From positions 40,059-104,058 of the forward strand of contig JAQGDQ010000626.1 of NCBI GenBank assembly GCA_030141605.1: a stretch of DNA of 64,000 bases, written 5' to 3'. Below, piece by piece: positions 24,344-35,485 of the stretch (the stretch's first letter is position 1; each line of letters opens with the position of its first letter). Position numbers and translations under genes: made by a program. The stretch comes from Tubiluchus corallicola (Eukaryota > Animalia > Priapulida). The notes under the pieces are model-generated. The model did not search any database, was not told where the DNA came from, and was given only the letters and a program-made list of their open reading frames with translations.

Positions 24344-24934
24344 AAAATATCAATTTGTGATGCATCAACAAGAAAACAGACTAGAATCTCATTGCAGGCA
24401 TGTTGACTATCTTTGTGTGAACAATTTGCAATCAAAGCTTCAGATCTTTCTCTGCATTTCACTCAAACTTTGGTTACGTATGTTTCCAGCAATACAATAT
24501 AAATGTTGACAGGCATATCAAAATTCTGCCAAATTTTTTGAAGATACGAACGTTTTAAACAATAAAAATACATTCCATCTTTAACATCCACTATTGCACA
24601 TGAGGCATCTGCGGCGGATTCAGCCTTTAGAAAAAGGGTGGGCCCAACGAAAATGCAGCTAGGGGGTCTGGGGAACCCCGACTACCAATGCATTTTACTG
24701 CATTTTAAACCATTTTTCTTACTATTTCCTCAAGGAAATCCAATAGTTTAAAACTCATTAAGTCACCTCAAACTTTTGACTCTTAATTACACACCAATAT
24801 ACACACTAGTATAACATATAATTGCGCACAGCGACATCTTTACCAAAAACTTCAATTATTACTTAAAGGGCACAGACATTTTTACACTGAAATCATTAAT
24901 GCAGAATTAATAAAATAAAAATGTAATCAGTTAC

Positions 24935-25090
24935 CTCAGCATGTTGTGGGAGACTTAACAATGAACCCCAAGCAGTTACTGCTTCTTCGTCACCAACACA
25001 CGGTTTCCTGAACAGTTCGGTACCGGTTGAGTACGTTGAGTTGCCTGTCGGTGCGCAAGGATTCTCCACAATTGTAGTAAAATTTGATGC
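24935..25090 (-). CDS. ENTPD: NTPDase exon 7
   Basis: CAG acceptor, GTAACT donor, 156 nt. ENPCAPTG...LFRKPCV carries the conserved cysteines. Confidence 0.85.
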
Positions 25091-25159
25091 CTGTGCAAAA
25101 CAATGGGTACATAAAATGAAAAAACTTGCGCGAATGGAAGTTGAACATGCACAACTTAA

Positions 25160-26049
25160 CCCTTTCACTACAGAAGGTGTGAAGCATTTTTGTTTGTTAT
25201 ATAGCGTTTTACAGTTACAAGTGGCGACATCTGGCTTCAATAATTGCATCCTAGTCAATTTCCGGTCATTCAAGTTTCAATGTGTTCAAGTGATGACGTG
25301 TTTCTGTGTAACTCACGATTTAATGTCAACGATGTATGTAAATTTTATTTAGTTTATTTGCTGTAAGTCTCTCATTAATTTCACTTAATCGTAATCGATC
25401 TTTTGATAAGAAATGAATTAATTTATTAAAGGAATTTATATATCTTGTTTCAGATAAAATGTAATATTTTTGGGTAATGGCGTCTCAGTGTCAGATATGA
25501 AGTAAATGACTAAGGGTCACGAGACGTGAAGATGGTATACAAACAATAAACTGTTATGCTAAGCAAAAATGATGACTTTGTTTGTCACCGTAAAGCCCAA
25601 ACAGAAGGTGGCACACTAACGTCTATGTTTTTCTTGTAAGAGACGGAAGGTGGTAGACTGCCGCCCGAGCTCAGCACTAAGCGCAGTCACCCAGGTCTGT
25701 TTATTTTGCTACTACGGCCATGCATAAACGTTATAGAAAAGCTTAACAGCCGTCGGATTGGGGTTGTTTCGCGACAAGTAATGCTAACCAGCCAATCAGC
25801 ATCTGAAGCCAGGTGCATTCCACAATATTGTACTGTATCGTACGTTCCCAAGCAAAATCACTTGTAGATCATTGATGAAACGTATGTTTAGTTTGACAGT
25901 TCAGCATTCTTATAAAATGATTGCATATTATGGATTAGTATTGTCTTTTGTGAAAACTGTGATTTCTAAATATAAGTACATGCTTATTTATGAGGGTGTG
26001 CAAGTGTGTGTGTGTGTGCGTGTGCGTGTGTGCGTGCGTGCGTGTGTGC

Positions 26050-26098
<49 letters not shown>

Positions 26099-26330
26099 CA
26101 TGTGTGTGTGCATGTGTGTGTGTGCACATGTGTGTGCATGTGTGCTCGTATGTTTGCTCGTATGTGTGTACATGTGTAGAAATAAAACTAATATTTAATA
26201 TTGGCACTCAATAACGAGCAACTATTTGTTTATTTACAAGATTCTGTTCTAGTAACACACCACAAGAAGTTATTGTCACATGCGAGACGTCAATGTGGCC
26301 CAGTTAAAAAGCAACGACATAGTGAAAGGG
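25160..26330. mobile_element. piggyBac-type non-autonomous element containing a (TG)n tract (26004-26176)
   Basis: TTAA at 25156-25159 and 26331-26334. TIR CCCTTTCACTA / TAGTGAAAGGG. Confidence 0.75.
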
Positions 26331-26509
26331 TTAAAAATATTTATCTAGAAGCCAAGAAGGATTTCAGAACACAACTTACAAGCATCAGACGAGTATTTAA
26401 ATGCAACCTCTGTTCTATAACCCTTTGCCATCATCACATTCCACATTGTCCAATCACGAGCAAGCTGCAAAAGTTTGTTAGCATGTCAACCAAAAGTACT
26501 AGCACTTAC

Positions 26510-26725
26510 CACGACTAGCGCCGCCTTGAATCGATTCTCCGCTTCCATCTTGCCGTAACAGAGGTAGCTATGCGTGTACACGGTGTAACTTTCTCCGTAA
26601 AGGAGTAGATCAGCACTATAGTTGGCAGGTATCACAGTACCGGTGCTGGGCTCAAATGTGAGCTGAGTCGATGCCCCACCCATGTCTAATGCACCAACTG
26701 TAGGCTTTCTTGCCACAAGTTTTGG
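26510..26725 (-). CDS. ENTPD: NTPDase exon 6 (ACR4)
   Basis: TVGALDMGGASTQLTF (ACR4) and YTHSYLCYG. CAG acceptor, GTAAGT donor, 216 nt. Confidence 0.95.
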
Positions 26726-26881
26726 CTGCACGAAAAATAAATCAGCAAATGTTTTAAAATGGCATTTACATTAACCTGCAAATTTAATATTGGAGTAGCA
26801 AGTTAGTAAGTAAAGTTAAATTTAAAAAAGAAGTCGTTTAATCGAAAGACAAATTTCAGGCAATTGCCTTAATATGTCAGT

Positions 26882-27377
26882 GCCTGGTTAGTACTTGGAT
26901 GGGTGACCGCCTACGAATACCAAGTGCTGCAGGCTTGCAGGATGCCCACGCTGTATCTCGACACTAGGCAGAGGAGCTGAGCAAGCAGCCAATGGCTAGA
27001 GGGTGGAGGAGGTCAAGTGACCCTACGGCCATGTGTAGAGGAGTAAACCTTCCAAATTAGGAGTGGAGCCCCGAAGACGGACCAGTGCAGCATGCTCACT
27101 GACTCTGGCATCTCCTGCAGCCAACCTGATGCCAAACGTATCGCTCCGCTTTGCTTTGGACTACACCAGGGAGGAAGAGAGGGGGTTCCTGTTGTCTGGG
27201 CAACTCGGGATCTCCATACACCTTGCCCAGGCATGTGCCCTGGAGAGGCCATTCCAGTGGTTCGAGGATCGGACTGCTCAGCCACAGTCGACGCTGCAGC
27301 TCCAACAATGTGATCAATAACTGACTCTCTTGGCGCACACTCCATTGTCTTCCGAGACAGAAGGATGCCAACAACAA
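26882..27377 (+). mobile_element. 5S/RTE SINE copy 2 (5'-truncated)
   Basis: Starts within the 5S head (GCCTGGTTAGTACTTGGATGGGTGACC) and is colinear with copy 1. Ends GATGCCAACAACAA. Confidence 0.9.
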
Positions 27378-27647
27378 TACTTGTTCCAGCTGCTATATTA
27401 TTCCATATTAGTGGCACGACATTTTATTGAAAATTTTCTTAAGTCGATGTTGCAACGTACAAAGTGATAATTAGACTTAGTCCGAGCATTTTCAGAGTTA
27501 AGAGTAAAATATTTTTGAAAAAAGGGAAGGCAGCAATAGTTTATCATGGAATTTATTCATAAATACAGCAGTATGAAAACGGTTAACACACCTAAAGAAA
27601 AAACACTGTTGCTAGTTAACTGTCTAAACAATTCATTGAATACACAC

Positions 27648-27807
27648 CTCATTCAAATCTCCGTTTAAATAGTTTACTGTGACCCATGAAAATGAACCTT
27701 CCTTTTCTCCAGAGATAATGCTGGCATTTTTGTAGTCAAATACAGAGTTCTGCATAGCGGTCCGTACGGCTGACATGATGGCTTTACTTGCTTGTGGATC
27801 AGAGAGG
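27648..27807 (-). CDS. ENTPD: NTPDase exon 5 (ACR3)
   Basis: ASIISGEKEGSFSWVTVNYL (ACR3 with the catalytic Glu). TAG acceptor, GTGTGT donor, 160 nt, phase 2/0. Confidence 0.95.
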
Positions 27808-27964
27808 CTATAAAAAATTTAACTGTTTATGTAACAGAAGATGTAAAGCATCACATAAGAAAAATTTATGCACAGCTCCTTGATGCAACATGAAAAACAT
27901 TATGATGACGCGAATGATAAGTTGAACCAACAAATGTAGTTCAGCAAGATCAAACTCTTATAGG

Positions 27965-28330
27965 ATAAGCCTTTTCACAGTTCCAGCGATTGATGATCGT
28001 GAAAAGGTCAACAGTTAAGTGTACCAGACAACGCCTCGCAGTCCATGCCGTTGTAATTGTAACAGTTTTAACAGCTAGCTAGAACCTTACCTAGTTCATT
28101 TTTCATCGTTCCCAAGCAAAGTCCTGCTAGTAAATCACTCTATGCACAGACTAATGCATAATTAAATAAAATCCACGTAAAACAACTGACGTTACTGATC
28201 TGATGCAGCAGACGGCTTTGCTTTACCCACATGTCACCTAACGGTTATAGTTAAGATGCGTTGCCATGGCACGCTTAACCTTTTCCTACAGCAACTGCGC
28301 GTACGCACAACAAAAAGGCTTATTCGTTGA
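27965..28330 (-). mobile_element. Family Z dispersed repeat
   Basis: Reverse complement of ~58620-58985, e.g. AACAGCTAGCTAGAACCTTACCTAGTTCATTTTT. Confidence 0.65.
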
Positions 28331-28721
28331 CAAAAAGAACATTTTCATGAGCTCAAACTACAGAGTAGCTCATTTAATAATACTTAGATTATCAAGTTGA
28401 TATAATTATTAGTAGATGTTGTACTGCTAATGAATAAAGGTGTTTTTGCAAAATCTTTAAAATTGAATATGAGCGAATTTCGTTTTAAGTAAACTAATAA
28501 AAAATTCTCTAATCCCTAAATTGCAAAAAAAGGGATACCAAGGCAATCCTGCTTTAGAATTGCGGAACCCCGAGAGATGACCAAGTTGAAAAATGAAAAA
28601 CATCACATTTCCAGTCATATCGTATCAGCGGCCAAAACCACTGTACTTTATCGTCAGGTGAAAGAGAAAAGCAAATAGATCAGGTTAAATTAGTAATTCT
28701 CATTTTTGCGGGAATTTTTTA

Positions 28722-29289
28722 TCGTATATATTAATGGCCATTTTTTGGACATTTTTTGCAAAACTTAAACGTCTGAGATCTGAAGAACGGGAACGTGCCG
28801 AGGGGGGTGCTGGCTATGGATAGATAGCCCGTTTAACTGTGGGTGTAGTAGGCGTATTTAGAATTCGCGAGAGGGTCACGGCGTCCCGTAATTTCCCAGA
28901 CCCAACTCCCGATTTTTTCGAAATTTTGACCAAGCAGCCTGCAGAAAAAACGTTCTAGTGGTGCCTGGTGGGACTCTCGGAAGGAGATATATGGCTCTTT
29001 AGAAAGAGAAGAACAGGGCTACACGATGATGTGGGCCATGCTTTAAAACACATCCACCAAAAGGAGTGCCGACGAGTTAATTAGATGTTCTATTTTTAGC
29101 AATTTTCTCTTAGAAAACTGCTGACGCAAAGCCATTGTTCTGACGTCATCCATTATACTCTGCATATAACTTTAATTCAGTAAAAGCTGCTACTGGCTTT
29201 GCGTTATAAATGAGGACTATGTAGCATGTTTGCGTATTTTTGATTATACGTGTATTTATACGCAAAATTTTTTGCAGGGCCTTTGCTAG
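28722..29289 (+). mobile_element. Non-autonomous Helitron
   Basis: A|TCGTATATATT start, CTAG|T end, GCAAAATTTTTTGC hairpin ~10 nt before CTAG, no TSD. Body shared with 45891-46612. Confidence 0.75.
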
Positions 29290-29408
29290 TTTGTATTAAT
29301 AGCACAAAATTATCATGCTAAAAGAATATAAGCATGTAAAAACACAGAAATACAGTAAACAAAAAAAATCAAGTGAGAGAAGTCACGTGTTTTCAAACGT
29401 CTTCCCAC

Positions 29409-29556
29409 CTGAGCAATCTCATTCCTGCCGTAGCACCAAGATAAAGAGGAGTCGTAGCTTGATGATCTTCTGCAATGATTCGTTGAGCGTCGTTCAGTAA
29501 ACCTTCGATTGCCTTTCCGGCGGCATCGGGATTTTTGTCGTAGGTAGAAATTCCAG
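29409..29556 (-). CDS. ENTPD: NTPDase exon 4 (ACR2)
   Basis: GISTY...TPLYLGATAGMRLL (ACR2). CAG acceptor, GTGGGA donor, 148 nt, phase 1/2. Confidence 0.95.
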
Positions 29557-29799
29557 CTGACAAGGCAAAACATAATCAGAACGTTAATCAAATTAGGAAT
29601 TTCCACATACGTACCACATATACACTGTCTTCAAATGTGACGCACCATAATCACTCCACGTATAAAACGAAAGCTAAGACAAAGAGGTAATGAACCACTA
29701 AAGTACAGCAGGCAAAAAAGAAGGGAAAATCGTATATATTAATTTCGCTGGTATATATATATATATATGTAAGAAAGCAGTACATATTCTGTTCTGTTT

Positions 29800-30253
29800 A
29801 TTCTGTTCTAAAAACGCATTAGTAACCTAAACAGCGCAATTATTATAACGCCTTTGCTTCCCGACTGACTACATACTAAATTCAAGCTGTTTGTATCAAG
29901 CGAGATCTATTTGCGGATTTATACAGCTCCAGGCACCCGAGTTTAAACTTTAGGCCACTTTATTTTGTCTGTAACTTGCGGCTATTACAACCAGATTAGT
30001 ACCACCTGAAATTCTACCAAGTCTAGCAAGATATTGATAAGAAAGATAGGTGGTTTCAAACAAACAGAAAGAAATTCATCAGTAGAAATATGAATAAATC
30101 TCGTAAAACATTTAATTTATATGATTAAGCAGCATTGATTTTTTGCTTCTGGGACGTATTTCAATTTTTTTACATTACTTTCCATGAAAATTTTGGTTTC
30201 GCTTAACGACATTTTGCTGGAACACATTAGCGTCGTTAAGCGAGGACTTACTG
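29800..30253 (-). mobile_element. Tigger/pogo-like MITE, partial inverted copy of 32317-33366
   Basis: Ends CGTTAAGCGAGGACTTACTG|TA. Internal ~29800-30010 is the reverse complement of ~32950-33170. Confidence 0.8.
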
Positions 30254-30416
30254 TAGTTTTCTTTTATACGTTTACGTTGTATAAACTATATAAACATTTC
30301 CTACATTTACCAACAAGCAAAAGAGTATTTGGCATAAAGTACTATAGAATTTACCAACACATCACAAACGTACACCTTTTCCACATTCACAAACAAACTT
30401 ATCTAATAATGCATAC

Positions 30417-30534
30417 CATCATGTTGAAAAGACCCGGCCTCCTTGACGATGGCTGTTCCTGCGTTCTTGTGAGGGTCCCATTTGTAAACGAAGAGTTTTG
30501 TATGCGTGGAGCCAGCATCAATTACAATTCCATA
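30417..30534 (-). CDS. ENTPD: NTPDase exon 3 (ACR1)
   Basis: YGIVIDAGSTHTKLFVYKW (ACR1). AAG acceptor after a pyrimidine tract, GTATGC donor, 118 nt, phase 0/1. Confidence 0.95.
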
Positions 30535-32316
30535 CTTAAAAAGAAATAAGGACTTTTGTTCAAGAAAAAAATCCCGGTTTTTCTAGCTGTTTTCAAACAT
30601 TAAAAGACAACATTTAAAATAGTGTCTACATCTAACATTGTAACCTCGCTTATAGCTGATGGAATGTCCTAAACAAAACTTCAAATTCCGCCTTGGCTTG
30701 CTAATGGTCAGTTTATTCTGAGAAAATAAAATAAAAGCATTTTGCAAATTCAGGTGATTATACAAGATTATTATAAAATAGGAACTAAATCAAAATATTA
30801 AATCATTTAGGTATGAATTACACAATTTTTACAAATTACAACAACTGTAAACTAGTAAAATGCTACATGAAATAGAAATTAAACTTCTCTTTTAAGTAAT
30901 CAAAAAAATTAATAATCATCATATTAAACCTACATATATTGGCAGGCTGCGTGAGATTAAGGATATCCATAAAATAAGACCAAAAATCCATAAAATAAAA
31001 TTTAAGGAATTCATAAAATAAGAAATGCATAAAATAAAAAAAATATTTTTTTTGTGATTTTTTGTACAAAGTAACGAGTTGTAAGCATTGGCAACACTGA
31101 AAACGAACGTTAGAAGGAGAGAAAGAGAAAGAAAACAAACCAACAAAAGCGCATTTCCGGATTTGCTATTTTACATTGTTGTTTTCTCATTGTCTTTTTG
31201 TTATCAAGATGGCGAAGTTTCAACCAAAGCATGAGCTGGAGTTCGGTCTGAAACTGGCGAAGTTTCAACCAAAGCATGAGCTGGAGTTCGGTCTGAAACT
31301 AAGTCCTGCGTGTTTAAAAACACGTTTCAAGCACTCCTGTTTTTACTTTTTAATTGATTTCCCCCTGGGCATCTCGTTCCAGATAAAGTCTATTTCTTAT
31401 TTTATTGATATCCATAAAATAAAATTTCAAAAATCTATAAAATAAGCTATTTTATTTATTTTATACATATCCATAATCTTATGCACCCTGTTTATTGGCC
31501 AGCAATGGCATTTAAACTTAAAGGTATCAGAAAACTGTAGAAACAGGTCATAAGCATTTATCAAATCATTGAATTTGGCTAAATTAAGTATAAACAGATA
31601 GCAAACACCAAGACAGCGTAACAGTCTACTGTCCTACTGATATCTGCATAAAACCAGATTCAATCACCTGAGTATATAAGTACATGCTAACAAATTTAAA
31701 GCAAGAAATTCATTCAAGGCCTACAAGGTGGCAGCACATGACAGTATCAGTTTATCCCCAACATCCCTATTATTGCTGTTGCATTACTAGTCGCTGAGAA
31801 ACAGGTGCAATCATCACATTAATGAATCAATGAAATAATCACTCATTGTTCAATAATTTCTTGAATAGTAAGTTAAAATTAATAAATGCAAACGATAATG
31901 ATGTTTAGTATGTTCTCTGTGGGGTCGCAATATGAAACAGGGTCCTGGAAAGGGGTCACCGTCAACAAAATGTTGGGAACTACTGTTCTACCCTATAAAA
32001 TCCCTCCTTGTGTTTTCTACCAGTAAGTAAAAAACGAACAAAGAAAAAACAAAATATTTTACTTATTTTAGAATTTCCTTTTTTCAGTTTTAATAATAGT
32101 TGGTTTTGCAAGAATGTTTCGTTTCGGTATCGGTTTTTAGTGTTTGATAAATTTCGGTTTCGGTAACACCCCTGGTTGCTATAAAATTCAATAGAATTGT
32201 TATTACAACTGGTATCTAGCTATACAAGAATCAAGGCGATGGTTGCAAGCTAATCTTGTACAGATCTAATACTTAGTTTAGCCTTTCTTTGAAAAACGAT
32301 GCGCAACATTAAAATA

Positions 32317-33366
32317 CAGTAAGTCCTCGCTTAATGATGCTAGCGCGTTCCAGCAAAATGCAACATTAAGGGAAACATCGTTAAATGAAGCGAAGACATC
32401 CATAGAAATTAATGTAAAAGAACTGAGATACGTTCCAGAGGCAAAAATCAATATTGATGAAATCATATAAATTAAACGTTTTATGAGTTTTACTCGTGTT
32501 TCTACTGACTAATTTCTTTCTGCTTGCTTGAAACCACCTATGTATCTTACTAATCTAGCTAGTGGTTTCTCTTTAGTTAACGTTTAAGTCTAGACGACAG
32601 TTAAACAATAAACACTGCAGCAAAGTCGAAGTCAAGCCTTGGAAATTTTATCTAGAAACTTAGTCTGGTTGCTAGAACAACAGGTTGCAGGTGAAATTCC
32701 TTCGCATAAAGTTTGCTGCCAGGTCTAGCTTGACACAAACGGCTAAGCATTTAGTGGTCAGTTGGCAAGTAAAAATGCATGTACTTATATAATAATAGCA
32801 GTGTTTACGTTATCAGTGCATTTTTAGAACAAAATAATAAAATATGCACTGTTTTACAGCATCAAATTAAGTGAAAAAGTTGTTAGTCATATAAAAATTT
32901 GCATTGAGTAAATAAAAAAAGTAGAAAAACTGTCATTAAACCGAAACGTGCATGCCAATTTCAGGTAATACTAATCTGGTTGTTATAGCAACAAGTTACA
33001 GACAAAATTCCTTGGCATAAAGTTTAAACTCGGGTGCCTGGAGCCGTATAAATCCGCAAATAGATCTCGCTTGATACAAACAGCTAGAATTTAATACATA
33101 GTCAGTCGGGAAGCAAAGGCGTTATAATAATTGCACTGTTTAGATTACTAATGTGTTTTTAGAACAGAGTAATGCAGCATGTGCCATTTTAATGCTTCAA
33201 GTTAGCTAAAAAAATTGCAGATAAAATGAAATATGGCTGTGAGCAAAGTAAAAAAATCATCGTTAAAATGAAGCAGGCGTCGTTAAGTGCGAAAAATGTG
33301 TCTAACGTTCGGCGTCGTTAAAACGAAACATCACTAAACTGGGAGTCGTTAAGCGAGGACTTACTG
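32317..33366 (+). mobile_element. Tigger/pogo-like MITE, complete
   Basis: TA|CAGTAAGTCCTCGCTTAA...TTAAGCGAGGACTTACTG|TA. Confidence 0.85.
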
Positions 33367-33389
33367 TATTAACGCAAAAGTAAATTTAC

Positions 33390-33520
33390 ATCACTCTCAT
33401 GTCTGAGACTGTTGGCATAAATGACCGAGATTGCTACTAAACCTCCAGCACCAATCAGAAACGAGACTCCTGTTAGAATCCACCAATTGCTGCAGCCAAA
33501 CGTTTTATCATCCTGCATCA
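33390..33520 (-). CDS. ENTPD: NTPDase exon 2 (N-terminal TM helix)
   Basis: TTTTTTGTAG acceptor, GTAAAT donor, 131 nt, phase 1/0. (V)MQDDKTFGCSN-WWILTGVSFLIGAGGLVAISVIYA-NSLRHESD joins YGIVIDAGS in frame. Confidence 0.85.
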
Positions 33521-34189
33521 CTACAAAAAAAGCAGAAAATCAATAATATAAAGATTTACAAGCATTTTTGTAATTCTAGTAAGATCTTTGATACGTTTAT
33601 TGCAGCGTATAACTCATGTGAACATTTGCACCCAAGTTTGATAAAACATAACTACTCTACTGTCATTCTTACATCACACTTGGACAATAAACAGCTTTTA
33701 TATATATATATAATAATCTTTATTTGCCATTAAAATACATTGATAATCACTGATAAAAACTTTACAGAGATGATCAATCCGTGTTAGTTAATAAAAACTT
33801 ACACTGCTAAAGACAAATGCGTCAGTGCAATCTAAACTACTGTGCAGTAATGGAAAGTAACGACGAATAAAATCAAACATATTTACAACTATGCACAAAA
33901 AAATGAAAAAGCTTTTGCATTTTTTACGTATAAACAGCCACACAAAATGGATGAAAATTCGATTGTTTTTCGAAATTGTTTTCATTCTAAACATGTTATT
34001 TGTTTTTACAGACATTTGTAAAAAACGTCTCTACTGTTTAGTGAAGAAGAAGCAAATGACCAAGTGAAAGCCGAGATTGGTGGTCAGTGACTGCCAGGCA
34101 TATGTTCTATAATTGCACTTGGTGGTTCAGTGTCTCATATTAATCCTGTAAGACTCATCATAATCAGACCCATTAAGTAGGCTGTTCTT

Positions 34190-34554
34190 AACACCAGTTC
34201 TCGTCTGATGACCGAAGTTAAGCAACGTAGAGCCTGGTTGCTACTTGGATGGGTGACCGCCTCGGAATACAAGGTCCTGTAGGCTTGCAGGATGCCCACA
34301 CTGTATCTCGACACTAGGCGGAGGAGCTGCACAATCAGCCAACAGCTAGAGGGCGGAGGAGGTCAAGTGACCCAACGGGCATGTATAGAAAAGTAAACCC
34401 TCCAAATCAGGAGTGGAGCCCCGAAGGTGTGCGCCCTCGAAACGTTCAAGGATCGCACTGCTCAGCCACAGTCGACGCTGCAGCTCCATCAATGTGATCA
34501 ATAACTGATTCTCTTGGCGCACACTCCATTGTCTTCCGAGACAGAAGGATGCCA
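34190..34554 (+). mobile_element. 5S/RTE SINE copy 3 (internal deletion)
   Basis: 5S head AACACCAGTTCTCGTCTGATGACCGAAGTTAAGC. Lacks the segment between CCCCGAAGG and TGTGCGCCC. Same 3' tail. Imperfect TSD AAGTAG(G/A)CTGT. Confidence 0.9.
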
Positions 34555-35250
34555 GCCAAAGTAGACTGTACCAGTGAGTGTTAATTCCAGCTAGCTGTGC
34601 TAAACAGTAAGTTTTTTAGACAATATGGCTTGTTTAAAATGAAGTATCACAACATATAATTGTAAAAACATACGACAAATTAGTACAAGCACTCCTATAA
34701 TAAAATAATTGCACATACAGTACCAGTGGCGGCTCGTGGAACTGCAGCACCCCCTATTTTCACTCAATATTCTCGATAATATTCCATGTAATGAGTCTTT
34801 TTTTAGTTCTTTCTTAATACTTGTATGGAACCAGAGCACATGAGGGTAGTACTGTTTGCTTCAAAGCCAAGTACAGTGCACTCCAGCAACATGGTGTTTG
34901 GCTGTTATGTGCATGCACATATTTGAGCCTAGGTAGAGAAAGTACTGTCGCTCACACAGTTTGCTGTCAGTTGTCACGTGCTTACCGTGAATGGATCACG
35001 ACTGAACTGCGACAATTAGGCTATTAGTGATTAAAAAATGTTTTTTCATTTAGGATCTTATCAAGTTTATGTATAAACTTTCATGTGTTTGTTTATTTAA
35101 AATTACAATTGCAAATTACAACATTAAAATTACATATGTTTGTTTCGTTTTACACAATATTAAAACAATGGCTAAAAATTTTTGAAGCAGCACCCCCGCT
35201 AATTTTAGCTACAAGCCACGACTGTACAGTACTATTAAAAACTAACATAC

Positions 35251-35485
35251 CTCGTTTGCCAAAATAAACAACATCATCATCACTGAGGTTGTAGCTGCCG
35301 ACAGTACGGTCACACTCGAGTATTTGGTAAGCTGCATTTCTGATGACGTAACTTGATTTAACGATGCAGCCCTTTTGTATGCAAAATTCAGCAATCAGAC
35401 TGTTTACTTCAGTGCTAGGGTCCACATCAATTTCTATGCTACCAGAAGCTCCACCACTCAGTAAGCTAATCACTTGTAGATGCAT
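35251..35485 (-). CDS. Putative NTPDase coding exon 1: ubiquitin-like (beta-grasp) domain
   Basis: 78 codons + 1 nt: MHLQVISLL...SIEIDVDPSTEVNSLIAEF...ILECDRTVGSYNLSDDDVVYFGKR, which follows the ubiquitin pattern. Donor G|GTATGT is phase 1, matching the exon 2 acceptor. In-frame stop 10 codons upstream of the ATG. Confidence 0.7.

Noticed and set aside
31209-31300. Duplicated 45-bp segment encoding AKFQPKHELEFGLKL, perhaps a transposase start
   Set aside because: Only a two-copy local duplication; no continuing ORF or recognisable domain.
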